64,000 nt of DNA from Candidatus Saccharimonadia bacterium (GCA_041743505.1 JBGTMQ010000003.1:89148-153147); one strand, 5' to 3'; positions 9,623 to 19,295 are shown, counted from the stretch's first letter. Numbers and translations are program-made. Notes: generated by a model not told the origin, from the letters alone.

Positions 9623-9754
9623 AACAACTACTCCTCTCAAACCAAAGCGCCCCAGAGGTGCGCTACTCAGCTTCGGTAGCCAAGCAACAAAATAGTACCA
9701 GAAAAAGCCAAGCGGGTCAACAACTTTAGGTGCAAAATATTAAGCGAATTTTTA

Positions 9755-10543
9755 CTATTTGTTGTATGCTTCGGCAGCTTCCCAAGCAGCCTCAAACATA
9801 GCCCTTAAGCCCTTGGCCAATTCCTGGCTCTTAATCGTAATCCCGATGGGATTTGAGCCTGTTAAGGTCAACATAATAATCATGTCCCCGGAAACCGTAA
9901 AATCACCGCTAACCGGAAACTTATCCAACGGTAACCAGCGGGACGTACGGTTACGCTCGATGTCACCTTTTTTCAAGATCGGGCCCTCAATCGAGGCATA
10001 AATCATCCGGCTCTCGATACTCGACCGTAACCGCTGCGGATTGGCGCCAAGAGCCCGGTATTCAGGAAAGTAGCTGTAAAATTGATCCAAATTACTAAAA
10101 CCGTAGGCAGAATCGGCATTTGACCGCTTGGCTTCGTCAAAGAATGCCTCCATGGCAGTACGAATACCGTCTGCGCTATCATAAAATTTTACACTAGGCG
10201 ACTCTTTGGGCAGCATCTTCAAGCTACCCAACTCAGGCAAGATCTGCTGAAGGTTCTGTTTCTGCTCCTTAAGCTCAACCTCCCGCTTCTCAATCAGTCG
10301 GCGCAAATTGGTCGGCTCTTCAGCAATAAAATAAGTCTTCTTACCCTTAACACTCTGCGACACTAACCCCAGACCCACCAAAGATTCCAGGATCACGTAA
10401 GTAGTTACACGCTTAATACCGGACTGGTCGGCTATACGCTGCACAGGTGACGGACCAACTATTAATGCGGCCACATAAACCCTAGCCTCTTTGTTGCTCA
10501 GACCTAATTCTTCGATATGTGAGATGAGTTGCCGGTCATTCAT
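9755..10543 (-). CDS. TrmB family transcriptional regulator
   Basis: LGLSNKEARVY, IA..SGIKRVTTY..LESL, P.VKFY, C-terminal LRAMFEAAW. Confidence 0.88.
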   Translation of the reverse strand: MNDRQLISHIEELGLSNKEARVYVAALIVGPSPVQRIADQSGIKRVTTYVILESLVGLGLVSQSVKGKKTYFIAEEPTNLRRLIEKREVELKEQKQNLQQILPELGSLKMLPKESPSVKFYDSADGIRTAMEAFFDEAKRSNADSAYGFSNLDQFYSYFPEYRALGANPQRLRSSIESRMIYASIEGPILKKGDIERNRTSRWLPLDKFPVSGDFTVSGDMIIMLTLTGSNPIGITIKSQELAKGLRAMFEAAWEAAEAYNK

Positions 10544-10625
10544 ACCACCATTTTAATCGAATAATAAAAAAAGTCAATGGTCGTTGACAACAAAAAAGCC
10601 AGGCTTCATACGAAAGCGTTGCATA

Positions 10626-10641
10626 TTCGGTTTATGTTCGG
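10626..10641 (+). promoter_or_regulatory. TTCGG-N6-TTCGG direct-repeat operator (putative LexA box) on comM promoter
   Basis: TTCGGtttatgTTCGG directly before -10 TATAGT; same motif at 56100 and 58334. Confidence 0.7.
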
Positions 10642-10653
10642 TATAGTCCAGCT

Positions 10654-12162
10654 ATGCTATCAAAAGTATACACCCCAGCTTTCCACGGTTTCGACGGTGA
10701 ACTCGTCGAAATCGAATGCGATATGGCAAACGGACTCCCCGGCTTCATCGTCGTCGGTCTAGCAGACAAGGCTGTAGACGAGGCCCGGGAACGTGTTCGC
10801 AGCGCCATTAAAAACAGCGGCTTACTCGTCCCTCCTAAACGCATCACTCTCAATCTAGCACCGGCCGATATTCCTAAAGACGGCACCGGCTACGACCTGG
10901 GTATGGCAGTCGCAATACTAATCGCCAGCGGCCAAATTCCTGCTGATACCACCGGCAATGCCCTATTCTTAGGAGAGTTAGCCCTAGACGGCAGTCTTCG
11001 CACAGTTAAAGGCTCGGTATTAGCCGCTCAACTGGCCCGCGAACGCTCATTCAGCCATATATACGTCCCCGCAGCCAATGCCAATGAAGCCGCCATGCTG
11101 CCAGACGTTAAGATCATCGCCATAGACAGCTTAAGCGAGCTTTACCACCATTTGGTTGGGTTAAATCCGCTAGCCGTTGTTACCAATACAACAAAACACG
11201 AAGGCCAGCGCGCACCAGCCCCGGTCGATATGAGTGATATCTACGGCCAAGCTCAGGCCAAACGTGCACTAGAAATCGCCGCCAGCGGCGGTCACAATAT
11301 CTTGCTCTCCGGCCCTCCCGGTTCAGGCAAAACACTAATGTCGCGAACACTGGTCGGCCTGCTGCCACCACCAACCTTCCAGGAAATGCTGGAAATCACC
11401 AAGCTTTATAGCTTGGCCGGGCTCAATCATGACGGTGTTGTCCGAATGCGACCACTTCGCGCGCCTCATCATACCGCTTCAAGCGCCGCACTCATCGGCG
11501 GCGGATCCGTACCCCGGCCAGGCGAGATTAGCCTAAGCCACCATGGTGTCCTGTTTCTAGATGAGCTTCCCGAGTTTCCCCGCCAAGTGCTTGAAGTCCT
11601 GCGCCAACCGCTAGAAGATGGCCAAGTCTCCATCGCCCGGGCAGCTCGAACCACCACCTTCCCAGCTCAATTTATGCTCGTAGCTACCCGTAACCCCTGT
11701 CCCTGCGGCTACGCTGGAGATAACCGTTGTAAATGCAGTGCCTACGCAGTCCACCAATACCAGCGCCGGCTATCCGGACCTTTGCTCGACCGCATCGACC
11801 TTATCATTGACGTTGCACCCGTCGGGCGGGACGAACTAACCGGGCAACAAACCGGCGAAGCCACTACCACCATCGCCATACGGGTAGCAGCCGCCCGGAA
11901 GCGGCAAGCCGAACGGTTCACCGGCCCAGCTACCAAGCTTAATGGCCGCATGACCATCACCGACACCCAGCAATTTTGCCGCCTGGATCCTGAAACCCTC
12001 ACTCTCGCCAAACAAGCGGTTCAGCGGTTGCGTTTATCAGCTCGTGCCTACAATCGCATCCTCAAAGTAGCCCGGACAATCGCCGACCTAGCCGGCGCAG
12101 ACACTATCACCATTCAACACTTTAGCGAGGCTATGCAATACCGCGCCCGAACCGGGGCGTAA
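10654..12162 (+). CDS. comM: YifB/ComM Mg-chelatase-like AAA+ ATPase
   Basis: NLAPAD.PK.GT.YDL, GELALDG, GPPGSGKT, RAPHHTAS, LFLDELPEF, NPCPCG, LSGPLLDRID. Confidence 0.95.
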   Translation: MLSKVYTPAFHGFDGELVEIECDMANGLPGFIVVGLADKAVDEARERVRSAIKNSGLLVPPKRITLNLAPADIPKDGTGYDLGMAVAILIASGQIPADTTGNALFLGELALDGSLRTVKGSVLAAQLARERSFSHIYVPAANANEAAMLPDVKIIAIDSLSELYHHLVGLNPLAVVTNTTKHEGQRAPAPVDMSDIYGQAQAKRALEIAASGGHNILLSGPPGSGKTLMSRTLVGLLPPPTFQEMLEITKLYSLAGLNHDGVVRMRPLRAPHHTASSAALIGGGSVPRPGEISLSHHGVLFLDELPEFPRQVLEVLRQPLEDGQVSIARAARTTTFPAQFMLVATRNPCPCGYAGDNRCKCSAYAVHQYQRRLSGPLLDRIDLIIDVAPVGRDELTGQQTGEATTTIAIRVAAARKRQAERFTGPATKLNGRMTITDTQQFCRLDPETLTLAKQAVQRLRLSARAYNRILKVARTIADLAGADTITIQHFSEAMQYRARTGA

Positions 12163-12167
12163 CCCGG

Positions 12168-12503
12168 CTAGACCTTGATCAGGCTATAAACCATACTGCC
12201 AAAACCAGTATTTCCCAACAAATACAAAAGCCCTAACTCCAAGACAACCAGACTGCCAGCAAATATACCAATCCGTCGCAGATCATGAGTCACATAACTA
12301 AAATCGCGGCCGGCCACGGTAGACGCGACCAAAGCACCGGCCGGCTTGTTCACTGGCTGAGTCCGCGCTGGAGTGCTCGACCCGGTAATCGGCTGGTCTG
12401 TCGCCGCCTGGCTTGTCACCGCCGTTTGACCCGATGACGTTACCGTCCCCGGTTCTGTATGCTTAAAACGGTGCTTCTTAGCTGGTTTGTTCTTCTTTGC
12501 CAT
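12168..12503 (-). CDS. hypothetical membrane protein
   Basis: Basic N-terminus, YV.HDLRRI followed by a C-terminal TM helix. Confidence 0.65.
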   Translation of the reverse strand: MAKKNKPAKKHRFKHTEPGTVTSSGQTAVTSQAATDQPITGSSTPARTQPVNKPAGALVASTVAGRDFSYVTHDLRRIGIFAGSLVVLELGLLYLLGNTGFGSMVYSLIKV

Positions 12504-12609
12504 TGGTTGGCATTTTAGCACACTCTTCTAGAAAACTGCCAAGCGTTGCGGCCAGACGTGCCTACACCTATACTTATGTATATTCGTTGAAGGTTGGAGT
12601 CTTTCGAAT

Positions 12610-13104
12610 TTGGTATACATAGCACTGGTTATAGCATTAGCCGGGATCGGGGTGAGCGTCATGAGCTGGCTTCAGACCGATAGGCTCAAAAAGCGGTTTG
12701 CTGCTGCATTGGGTGGCGAGGAAGCCGGCTCGCTTGAGCATACCCTGGCCCAGCACATCGCTCGGGTCGAAGCGGTAGATACCCGGCTCGGCAGGCTTAA
12801 TGCCGAATATGAGCGTTTAGCCGTTACCAATAGCCTGGCTCAGCAAAAAGTCTCAATTGTCCGATTCAACCCGTTCGGTGATACGGGTGGCGACCAGAGC
12901 TTTAGCCTGGCTGTCTTGGATGCCCACGATTCAGGCTATGTCCTCACCAGTATACACGGTCGCACCGGCACCAGGGTCTACGTTAAACCCATTGACTTCG
13001 CCAAAAGCAAATACAGCCTGTCAGCCGAAGAGCAGCAAGTACTAGGTCAGGCCATTAAGCGCGTCCCGCAGATACAAGGAGACTTAAATGGCCCGCAAAG
13101 ATGA
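12610..13104 (+). CDS. DUF4446 family protein
   Basis: N-terminal TM; IVRFNPFGDTGGDQSFSLAVLD, TSIHGR, RVYVKPI, LSAEE. Confidence 0.85.
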   Translation: MVYIALVIALAGIGVSVMSWLQTDRLKKRFAAALGGEEAGSLEHTLAQHIARVEAVDTRLGRLNAEYERLAVTNSLAQQKVSIVRFNPFGDTGGDQSFSLAVLDAHDSGYVLTSIHGRTGTRVYVKPIDFAKSKYSLSAEEQQVLGQAIKRVPQIQGDLNGPQR

Positions 13105-13477
13105 CCTGTTAGGTATATCTGGTATCGAGACGGTCATCGGCGCCGGTGTGGTAGTTCACGGCAACCTCACCAGCGAAGGCGACATACTCATAGACGGCAT
13201 ACTCAAGGGCGACATTAAGACCGCCGGTGACGTCACCATCGGCGTCAATGGCCGTATTAAAGCTAACCTCACAGCGCTCAATGTCACCGTAGCCGGCGAG
13301 CTCGATGGCAGTATCATAGCTGACGGTGAGGTCACCATCCGGGAGACCGGCCGGGTCACCGGCGATGTCACGGCCGCCGGTCTGGCCATCGCATCCGGCG
13401 GCGTTTTTAGCGGCCGGAGCATTTCGCAAAAACCGCGCGGGTCAAATCACTCGCAGGCCGAAGATCAAGAGGCATAA
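13088..13477 (+). CDS. bactofilin (polymer-forming cytoskeletal protein)
   Basis: ETVIGAG.V.HGNL..EGDI.IDG..KGDI beta-helix repeats. Confidence 0.9.
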   Translation: MARKDDLLGISGIETVIGAGVVVHGNLTSEGDILIDGILKGDIKTAGDVTIGVNGRIKANLTALNVTVAGELDGSIIADGEVTIRETGRVTGDVTAAGLAIASGGVFSGRSISQKPRGSNHSQAEDQEA

Positions 13478-13486
13478 GCGCCCGGC

Positions 13487-14386
13487 ATGTACTACTACAT
13501 CGTCAATCCAGCGGCCGGCCGCAGCCAAGTCAAAGGCCTGCAAGATAAAATTCGCGGTCGGCTCGACCAGCTCGGCATCCGCGGCGAGTGGGCCAAAACC
13601 ACCGGCCCCGGTGAAGCCAGCAAAATGGCCGCCGCCGCCGCAACTAAAGGCCACACCACAGTTGTAGCCGTCGGCGGCGATAACACTGTCAACGAGGTCA
13701 TCAATGGCCTGATCGGCCAGGAAAATGTAGCCATCGGCATCATCCCGCTCGGCACCACCAACCGGTTGGCCACGCAGCTTGGTATCTCAAGCTGGCAGCA
13801 AGCCTCTGAGGTCCTGGCCGCCCGCCGCCTAACCTCATACTCCCTCATTGCAGCCGGCCAAAAATATTTTTTGTCCACCCTCACCTTAGGATTCGAGACC
13901 GACCTGGACAAAAACATTGACACCGCCCCGGCCAACCTTCAAGCACGTTTGGGCCAGCTCCGAGCCGGCTGGGGCCACGCCCGGAATTATCAAACCCTGC
14001 ATTGCCGCATCGAAGTCGATGGTCAGTTCGAACTGGAATGCAATTTGTTCTCACTTGCTATTGCCAACCAGAAATTCCTCAATCCCCTGGCCGACAACCA
14101 GCTCATTGTCACTCTTAGCGACCACCCAGGCCATCGCTTGCGCCTAGGCAACTATCTCTGGCAAATGCTCCATAACCGCGCCGTACCAACCCCTGAAGAC
14201 GGCGCTACGACCCGCTTCTTGGCTAGCCGCGTCGTTATTGAAACCAAACCCACCACCGGCATCATGGTAGATGGCAAGGTCACCAGCCGCACCCCCATTG
14301 CTATCCGCTTAACTGACCAGTCCGTCCGGTTCATCACCGAAAAAATCGTCGGTGACTTCAAGGACGCTATCGGCCCCAAACCCTAG
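13487..14386 (+). CDS. diacylglycerol kinase family (YegS/DgkB-like) lipid kinase
   Basis: IVNPAAG, AVGGDNTVNEV, IIPLGTTN.LA, MVDG. Confidence 0.85.
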   Translation: MYYYIVNPAAGRSQVKGLQDKIRGRLDQLGIRGEWAKTTGPGEASKMAAAAATKGHTTVVAVGGDNTVNEVINGLIGQENVAIGIIPLGTTNRLATQLGISSWQQASEVLAARRLTSYSLIAAGQKYFLSTLTLGFETDLDKNIDTAPANLQARLGQLRAGWGHARNYQTLHCRIEVDGQFELECNLFSLAIANQKFLNPLADNQLIVTLSDHPGHRLRLGNYLWQMLHNRAVPTPEDGATTRFLASRVVIETKPTTGIMVDGKVTSRTPIAIRLTDQSVRFITEKIVGDFKDAIGPKP

Positions 14387-14490
14387 TTAAGCCAAGCGGT
14401 TAACCCACGAATCGCTTTGTAAGAATAATTCTTGACCCTACAGCCTCAAACTGCTATAGTGTTCAGGAGCTTTTAGAAGGAGACTGCCAA

Positions 14491-15018
14491 ATCAACAAAA
14501 TCCGCGTGAACCGTGAAATATCTGCCCAAACTGTGCGTTTGGTCGATGTTGATGGTTCCCAACTCGGCGTCGTTAGCCTCCGTGAGGCTTTGGAACGTGC
14601 CGACGAAGCAGATTTAGATCTGGCAGAAATTGCTCCTACCGCTCAACCGCCGGTGGTCAAAATCCTCGATTGGGGTAAGTACCGCTACGAGCAAACCAAG
14701 CAGCTCCAAAAGAGCCGCCGCAACCAACGGCAGGTTGAAGTTAAGCAAGTGAGGCTCGGCCTCAAGATCGGTGAGCACGATCTACAAGTGAAGCTCAACC
14801 GGGCCAGGAAGTTCCTCGAGGAAGGGCACAAAGTTAAGATTAGCCTGCTCTTCCGCGGCCGCGAGATCACCCGTCCCCAACTGGGTCGCGAGATTCTCGA
14901 TAACGTCTTAGAACGCCTGTCCGATATTGCCGTACTAGAGCAAACACCAACGCTCTCCGGCCGCGATCTCAATATGATTTTAGGGATGAAAAAAGATGCC
15001 AAAGCTGAAAACTCATAA
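14491..15018 (+). CDS. infC: translation initiation factor IF-3 (probable AUC start)
   Basis: RVNREI..VRLVD, PPVVKILDWGKYRYE, FRGRE; SD AAGGAG 8 nt before in-frame ATC at 14491. Confidence 0.95.
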   Translation: MNKIRVNREISAQTVRLVDVDGSQLGVVSLREALERADEADLDLAEIAPTAQPPVVKILDWGKYRYEQTKQLQKSRRNQRQVEVKQVRLGLKIGEHDLQVKLNRARKFLEEGHKVKISLLFRGREITRPQLGREILDNVLERLSDIAVLEQTPTLSGRDLNMILGMKKDAKAENS

Positions 15019-15196
15019 AGGAATGGCCAAGCGCATTAAGCTGTCTGGAAACGGCAAGCTAATGCACCGCCGTGCCAACCGCAACCACATGTTGGCTCAC
15101 AAGTCAGCTTCGCTCAAGCGTGAATACGTTAAGGAGTTTGAGATTGCCGCCGGCGATACCGCCAACGTTAAGAAAATGTTAGGGACCTACCGGTAG
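14996..15196 (+). CDS. rpmI: 50S ribosomal protein L35
   Basis: MPKLKTHKG.AKRIK..GNGK, NH.L.HK. Confidence 0.95.
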   Translation: MPKLKTHKGMAKRIKLSGNGKLMHRRANRNHMLAHKSASLKREYVKEFEIAAGDTANVKKMLGTYR

Positions 15197-15221
15197 CCTT
15201 ACCGCTTTATAGCTTCTTAGT

Positions 15222-15318
15222 TTGAGATTAGTTCAGGGAAGAAGCGGGCATCGGAGTAAGGCGTATGTAATAATACGACGAACGAGAAGCTTAAGCTTCT
15301 GACGCCGAAATAATCCAA
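15222..15318. repeat. nested palindromic element in rpmI-rplT spacer
   Basis: Nested stems TTGaGATTAgTTC/GAAaTAATCCAA, AGAAGC/GCTTCT, CGTAT-gtaata-ATACG. Confidence 0.5.
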
Positions 15319-15338
15319 GATAAGGAGATATATCACAA

Positions 15339-15689
15339 ATGCGCGTTAAGAGAGGCGTCACCAGTCACGCCAAGCACAAAAAACTGCGCCAACAGACCAA
15401 GGGTTATAGTCTTGTCCGCCGCTCTAGTATCAAAATGGCCCGTCAGGCAGTTATTAAAGCTTTACAATATCAATACCGCGACCGCCGCAACAAGAAGCGC
15501 GACTTTCGCGCTCTCTGGATCACCCGCATCAGCGCCGCCGCCGGGGCCGCCGGTACCAGCTACAGCGCCTTTATGGGCTCACTAAGCAAGGCTGGCATTA
15601 CCCTCGATCGCAAGATCCTGGCCGAGCTAGCAGTTAACCAACCTAAGGCCTTCGAAGCCGTCGTTAAGGCCGCCAAAGCCGCCAAATAA
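15339..15689 (+). CDS. rplT: 50S ribosomal protein L20
   Basis: MRVKRGV, YRDRRNKKRDFRALWITRI, LDRKILAELAV. Confidence 0.97.
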   Translation: MRVKRGVTSHAKHKKLRQQTKGYSLVRRSSIKMARQAVIKALQYQYRDRRNKKRDFRALWITRISAAAGAAGTSYSAFMGSLSKAGITLDRKILAELAVNQPKAFEAVVKAAKAAK

Positions 15690-15703
15690 CAACTATTCTT
15701 CGC

Positions 15704-16090
15704 TCAAAAGACCTCAGGATCATCGGGGTCTTTTTTGTTTGCAACAATATCAACGCCACGCTCCTTGGCTAAAGAAATCAGCCACGTAAGTACCTCCAGC
15801 TCCCAAGCCAGAACCTGGCGGCCCAACCGGGTAATTTCATAAACCCGTCGTGGCTTACCCGGGTTTAAAGCTACACCCGCCTCAACCTCAGCAATCAAGT
15901 ACAGCTTAAGTAATCCTGTCAAAGCTGGACGAATAGCGCCGCTACTGAGATTTGCGATTGCGCTTGAGTCATCTTTGCATAATCTGGCGATATCATAACC
16001 ACTAGCCTGACCAGCCGCGAGCGCAATCAAGATGCGCATATCAAGAAGACTTATAGTGATGCGATCGCCATCGTCACGAATAGTTGCCAT
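15704..16090 (-). CDS. PadR family transcriptional regulator
   Basis: ILIALA.G..SGYDI, LSSGAI.PAL..L, RRVYEIT.LG. Confidence 0.8.
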   Translation of the reverse strand: MATIRDDGDRITISLLDMRILIALAAGQASGYDIARLCKDDSSAIANLSSGAIRPALTGLLKLYLIAEVEAGVALNPGKPRRVYEITRLGRQVLAWELEVLTWLISLAKERGVDIVANKKDPDDPEVF

Positions 16091-16102
16091 GTATACTCCT
16101 AT

Positions 16103-16125
16103 TATATGTCTAACTTAGACATATA
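16103..16125. promoter_or_regulatory. palindromic operator abutting the padR-like -10 box
   Basis: Perfect TATATGTCTAA-C-TTAGACATATA palindrome. Confidence 0.6.
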
Positions 16126-16226
16126 GAAAGCGCTTAATATATGTCGATAGTAGCCATATAGTTACCAACCAAACACTTCGCGCGATCATAACCAGCCTTA
16201 GCCGGCACTCACCATACTTGCCCAGA

Positions 16227-17351
16227 CTAGCTAACCCCGTGCTTAAATCGCTCCCACTCCGTTCCCACAAACTCCCGCATCCTCCGCCGGAACACACTTG
16301 CATCAAACTCCTTAGCCCAGGCACGAATCTTTACCTCATCAAACTGCATACCTTCAAACCGCCGCACCGCCGCCACCAACGACTCTCTCGTCTGCTCAGC
16401 AAACAGCGTCCCGGTCTCACCCTCTTTCACATACTCCAATGCGCCTCCCTTACCATAGGCGATCACCGGTGTGCCAGCTGCCATCGCCTCTAGCGGCACC
16501 ATGCCAAAATCCTCTTCAGGCGGAAAGATGAAACCCTTAGCTCCGGCATACAACCGGTTACGTTCGTCTTGCGGCACCCGACCCAAAAACTCGATGTTAT
16601 TTTTAGCCCTGGCTTTTTGACGAGCAATCTCCTCCCCCGCGCCCGCCACCTTAAGCGGCAAACCCAACTCATTAAACGCATCCACCGCCACATCCAGCCG
16701 TTTATACGACACCTGACGTCCCACAATCAAATAATAATCACGCGAACCAGGCGCCAATCCCGACAATTCCCCCGTCAAAATTGGCGGATAGATCACTTTC
16801 GAATCCCGCTGGTAGTATTTCTTAATCCGCGCCTGAACATGACGCGAGTTAGCCACATACGCATCCACTCCCTGAGCCGCCCTATAGTCAATCCCCCTCA
16901 AGACCCCAATTACCATCGGCAAAGCCAATCGCGCCAGCCAATTAAACCGCCCAAACGGCGGGTGCTTCATATACCAATCAAAATCCGTCCAATAGTATCG
17001 GACTGGCGTATGACAATAGCAAATATGCAAAGTTTTTGCATTTGTTCGCACATATTTGGCCTCAGCCGCGCACGAAGATATCACAATATCATACTTATTC
17101 ATATTAAATGTTTTAAACGGTAGACCCAAAAAGATCGGAAATAGTTGATGCTTATTTCGCAAAAACGGAATCCAATTTAGAAACGTTGTGCGCACATCAG
17201 CTTTAGCAAACTCAGGAAATTTTTCCGGAATATAAGCCGCTGTATATATGGGAGCCTCAGGATACATTTGATGTAGCTCATACAACACTTTCTCTGCACC
17301 ACCAGGCGATACCAACCAATGGTGTACCAGTGCAATCTTAGGTGCAACCAT
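16227..17351 (-). CDS. GT4 glycosyltransferase (WbaZ-like)
   Basis: KIALVHHWL...GGAEKV, YCHTPVRY, EEDFGMVPLEAMAAGTP; TAATG coupling with upstream gene. Confidence 0.9.
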   Translation of the reverse strand: MVAPKIALVHHWLVSPGGAEKVLYELHQMYPEAPIYTAAYIPEKFPEFAKADVRTTFLNWIPFLRNKHQLFPIFLGLPFKTFNMNKYDIVISSCAAEAKYVRTNAKTLHICYCHTPVRYYWTDFDWYMKHPPFGRFNWLARLALPMVIGVLRGIDYRAAQGVDAYVANSRHVQARIKKYYQRDSKVIYPPILTGELSGLAPGSRDYYLIVGRQVSYKRLDVAVDAFNELGLPLKVAGAGEEIARQKARAKNNIEFLGRVPQDERNRLYAGAKGFIFPPEEDFGMVPLEAMAAGTPVIAYGKGGALEYVKEGETGTLFAEQTRESLVAAVRRFEGMQFDEVKIRAWAKEFDASVFRRRMREFVGTEWERFKHGVS

Positions 17352-18805
17352 TAGTAAGCTCCTTTTCGGCGCAAAATGGCGAAAGCAGTTTTCAGCAATA
17401 TCTTTATATCCAACCACAAACTCCAATTTTCAACGTAATAAATATCCAGCTTAACCCGGTCATCATAGGTAATATCGCTGCGCCCAGAAATCTGCCACAA
17501 CCCCGTAATCCCGGGCTTAAGTGCTAAGAAACTCGCGCCTTGGTCACCATAACGTTCCAGCTCAACTGGTGTGATTGGACGCGGCCCTACCAGGCTCATG
17601 TCGCCCTTTATTGCATTTATGAGCTGTGGTAGCTCATCTAGGCTAGTAGACCGCAATAGCCGCCCGAAGCGGCTAACCCGGGGATCATTCTGGACTTTTT
17701 GCGCCTGCTTAAACTCTTGCGCCAACTCAGGGCGGCCCAGCATTCTAAAAATCTGCTCAGACGACTTACCTCTATATTTTGGATCATTCGTATATTTCCA
17801 TTGCATAGACCGAAACTTATAGACGAACACTTCCTGACCCTCGCGCACCAACCGCCGGTGACGATAAAAAACCGGCCCGGGATCACTAATCTTTATCAGT
17901 AGCGCGATAATCAGAAAAATCGGCGATAAAATAGCCAGTCCAAGTGTTGCACCAACTACATCGAAAACTCGTTTCATAATCCGGCCCCAACCATCTAGCG
18001 GTGTTAGCTTTATCTCAATCATCGGGATGCCGGCCAAACTACCCAAGGCAGAATTGGTAGCGTAGAGACCAAATTGGTTTGGCACAAACCGGTACGATAC
18101 ATGGTGGTTAGTGGCATAGTTAACCAATGCCAGCACCTCATCCGAACCAAGCGCCGAGTCAGCCTGTATAATCTCATCAAGTCGGCGTGAACCCAGAGTT
18201 GCCAATGCTTCATCGAACGAGCCATAAATCGGCATGCCCGGCAAGCGCTTGGCCGCGCCTCGAGCAGTGTCAATGCACCCAAGTAGCCGGTATCCGGACC
18301 TCGGTTGTGCCAAATCTCGGGCGATCCGCTGAGCTAGCCGGCCACTGCCTATTAACAGCGCTTGATGCACGCCGATACCAAAATTAAACAGCCAACGCTG
18401 AATCCCGCGCATCACTGTCCGGGCCGACAACACAAACACTAAACCCAATCCATACGCGTAAATTGGTACCGCCTTGGATGGGAATAATGACGCCGGACGA
18501 AAAAAATCAAGCAAGATCATAAACATAACGCCACCCGAAACAGCCACGAACACCTTGCCAATCTCATCCAACCGGCCACGTAAGTTAGACTGCGAATACA
18601 GCCCGGCCAGAGCAAAGATCAGTATCCAAACCGGCAGAACCATCAGTAAAATATTCAGAAAGTCCAAGGCTGCAATCGGGTGGGCTACCGGCCGTCCCTC
18701 AATCTTGACCCGCAAAATATAGGCCACTACAAAAGCCCCAACCAACGCCAGAAAGTCGATCGGGACAGATATCAGACTAAAAAATAATTCGCTTCGTTTG
18801 CGCAT
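17351..18805 (-). CDS. undecaprenyl-phosphate glycosylphosphotransferase (WcaJ/WbaP-like sugar transferase)
   Basis: KRVFD, YKFRSM, NDPRV, SLDELPQL.N..KGDMSLVGPRP, PGITGLWQISGR. Confidence 0.93.
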   Translation of the reverse strand: MRKRSELFFSLISVPIDFLALVGAFVVAYILRVKIEGRPVAHPIAALDFLNILLMVLPVWILIFALAGLYSQSNLRGRLDEIGKVFVAVSGGVMFMILLDFFRPASLFPSKAVPIYAYGLGLVFVLSARTVMRGIQRWLFNFGIGVHQALLIGSGRLAQRIARDLAQPRSGYRLLGCIDTARGAAKRLPGMPIYGSFDEALATLGSRRLDEIIQADSALGSDEVLALVNYATNHHVSYRFVPNQFGLYATNSALGSLAGIPMIEIKLTPLDGWGRIMKRVFDVVGATLGLAILSPIFLIIALLIKISDPGPVFYRHRRLVREGQEVFVYKFRSMQWKYTNDPKYRGKSSEQIFRMLGRPELAQEFKQAQKVQNDPRVSRFGRLLRSTSLDELPQLINAIKGDMSLVGPRPITPVELERYGDQGASFLALKPGITGLWQISGRSDITYDDRVKLDIYYVENWSLWLDIKILLKTAFAILRRKGAY

Positions 18806-18898
18806 TGGTTTGAATAATTGCTCTCCCAATTGTACACCGCTTGGCCCCCATAAGCGAAACGCCCGCCCGGATAAGGGCGGACGAGTCACATTCTGGGA

Positions 18899-19295
18899 CC
18901 AGACTACTGGTAAGCCGGATTCTGTCGTACGAAGCCCAAAGGCCCCGCCGGATGATCATCTCTCTGGGACTTATGTCACCATAAGCCTCAAGCGGCCCAT
19001 ATGCTCATGCTCAGCGAGCAGCTGCCCGGCCAGGCCGGGATGCATGAGCAGCCTTGCAGCAGACGGGGTTTACCTCCCTTCCCGGTCACCCGGGTCAGCT
19101 GTGCGCTCTTACCGCACTCGTTTCACCCTTACCGCTACCCGGCTCTGCTCGAAAGCTTCACCCGCACGCCAGCGGCGGTTTCGTTTCTGTGGCACTTTCC
19201 CTAGGATCACCCCCGGTTGCCGTTAGCAACCGTCTTGCTCTGCGCTGTCCGGACTTTCCTCACCGGTCACCCGGCGCGATCATCTTGTAGACTGG
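18899..19295 (-). ncRNA. rnpB: RNase P RNA
   Basis: GAGGAAAGTCCGG, AGTGCCACAGAAA, GGGTGAAACG, GGTAAACCCC, ACAGAATCCGGCTTA. Confidence 0.95.

Noticed and set aside
10573-10588. GTCAA-N6-TTGAC palindrome as TrmB operator
   Set aside because: Equally explained by two back-to-back TTGAC -35 elements
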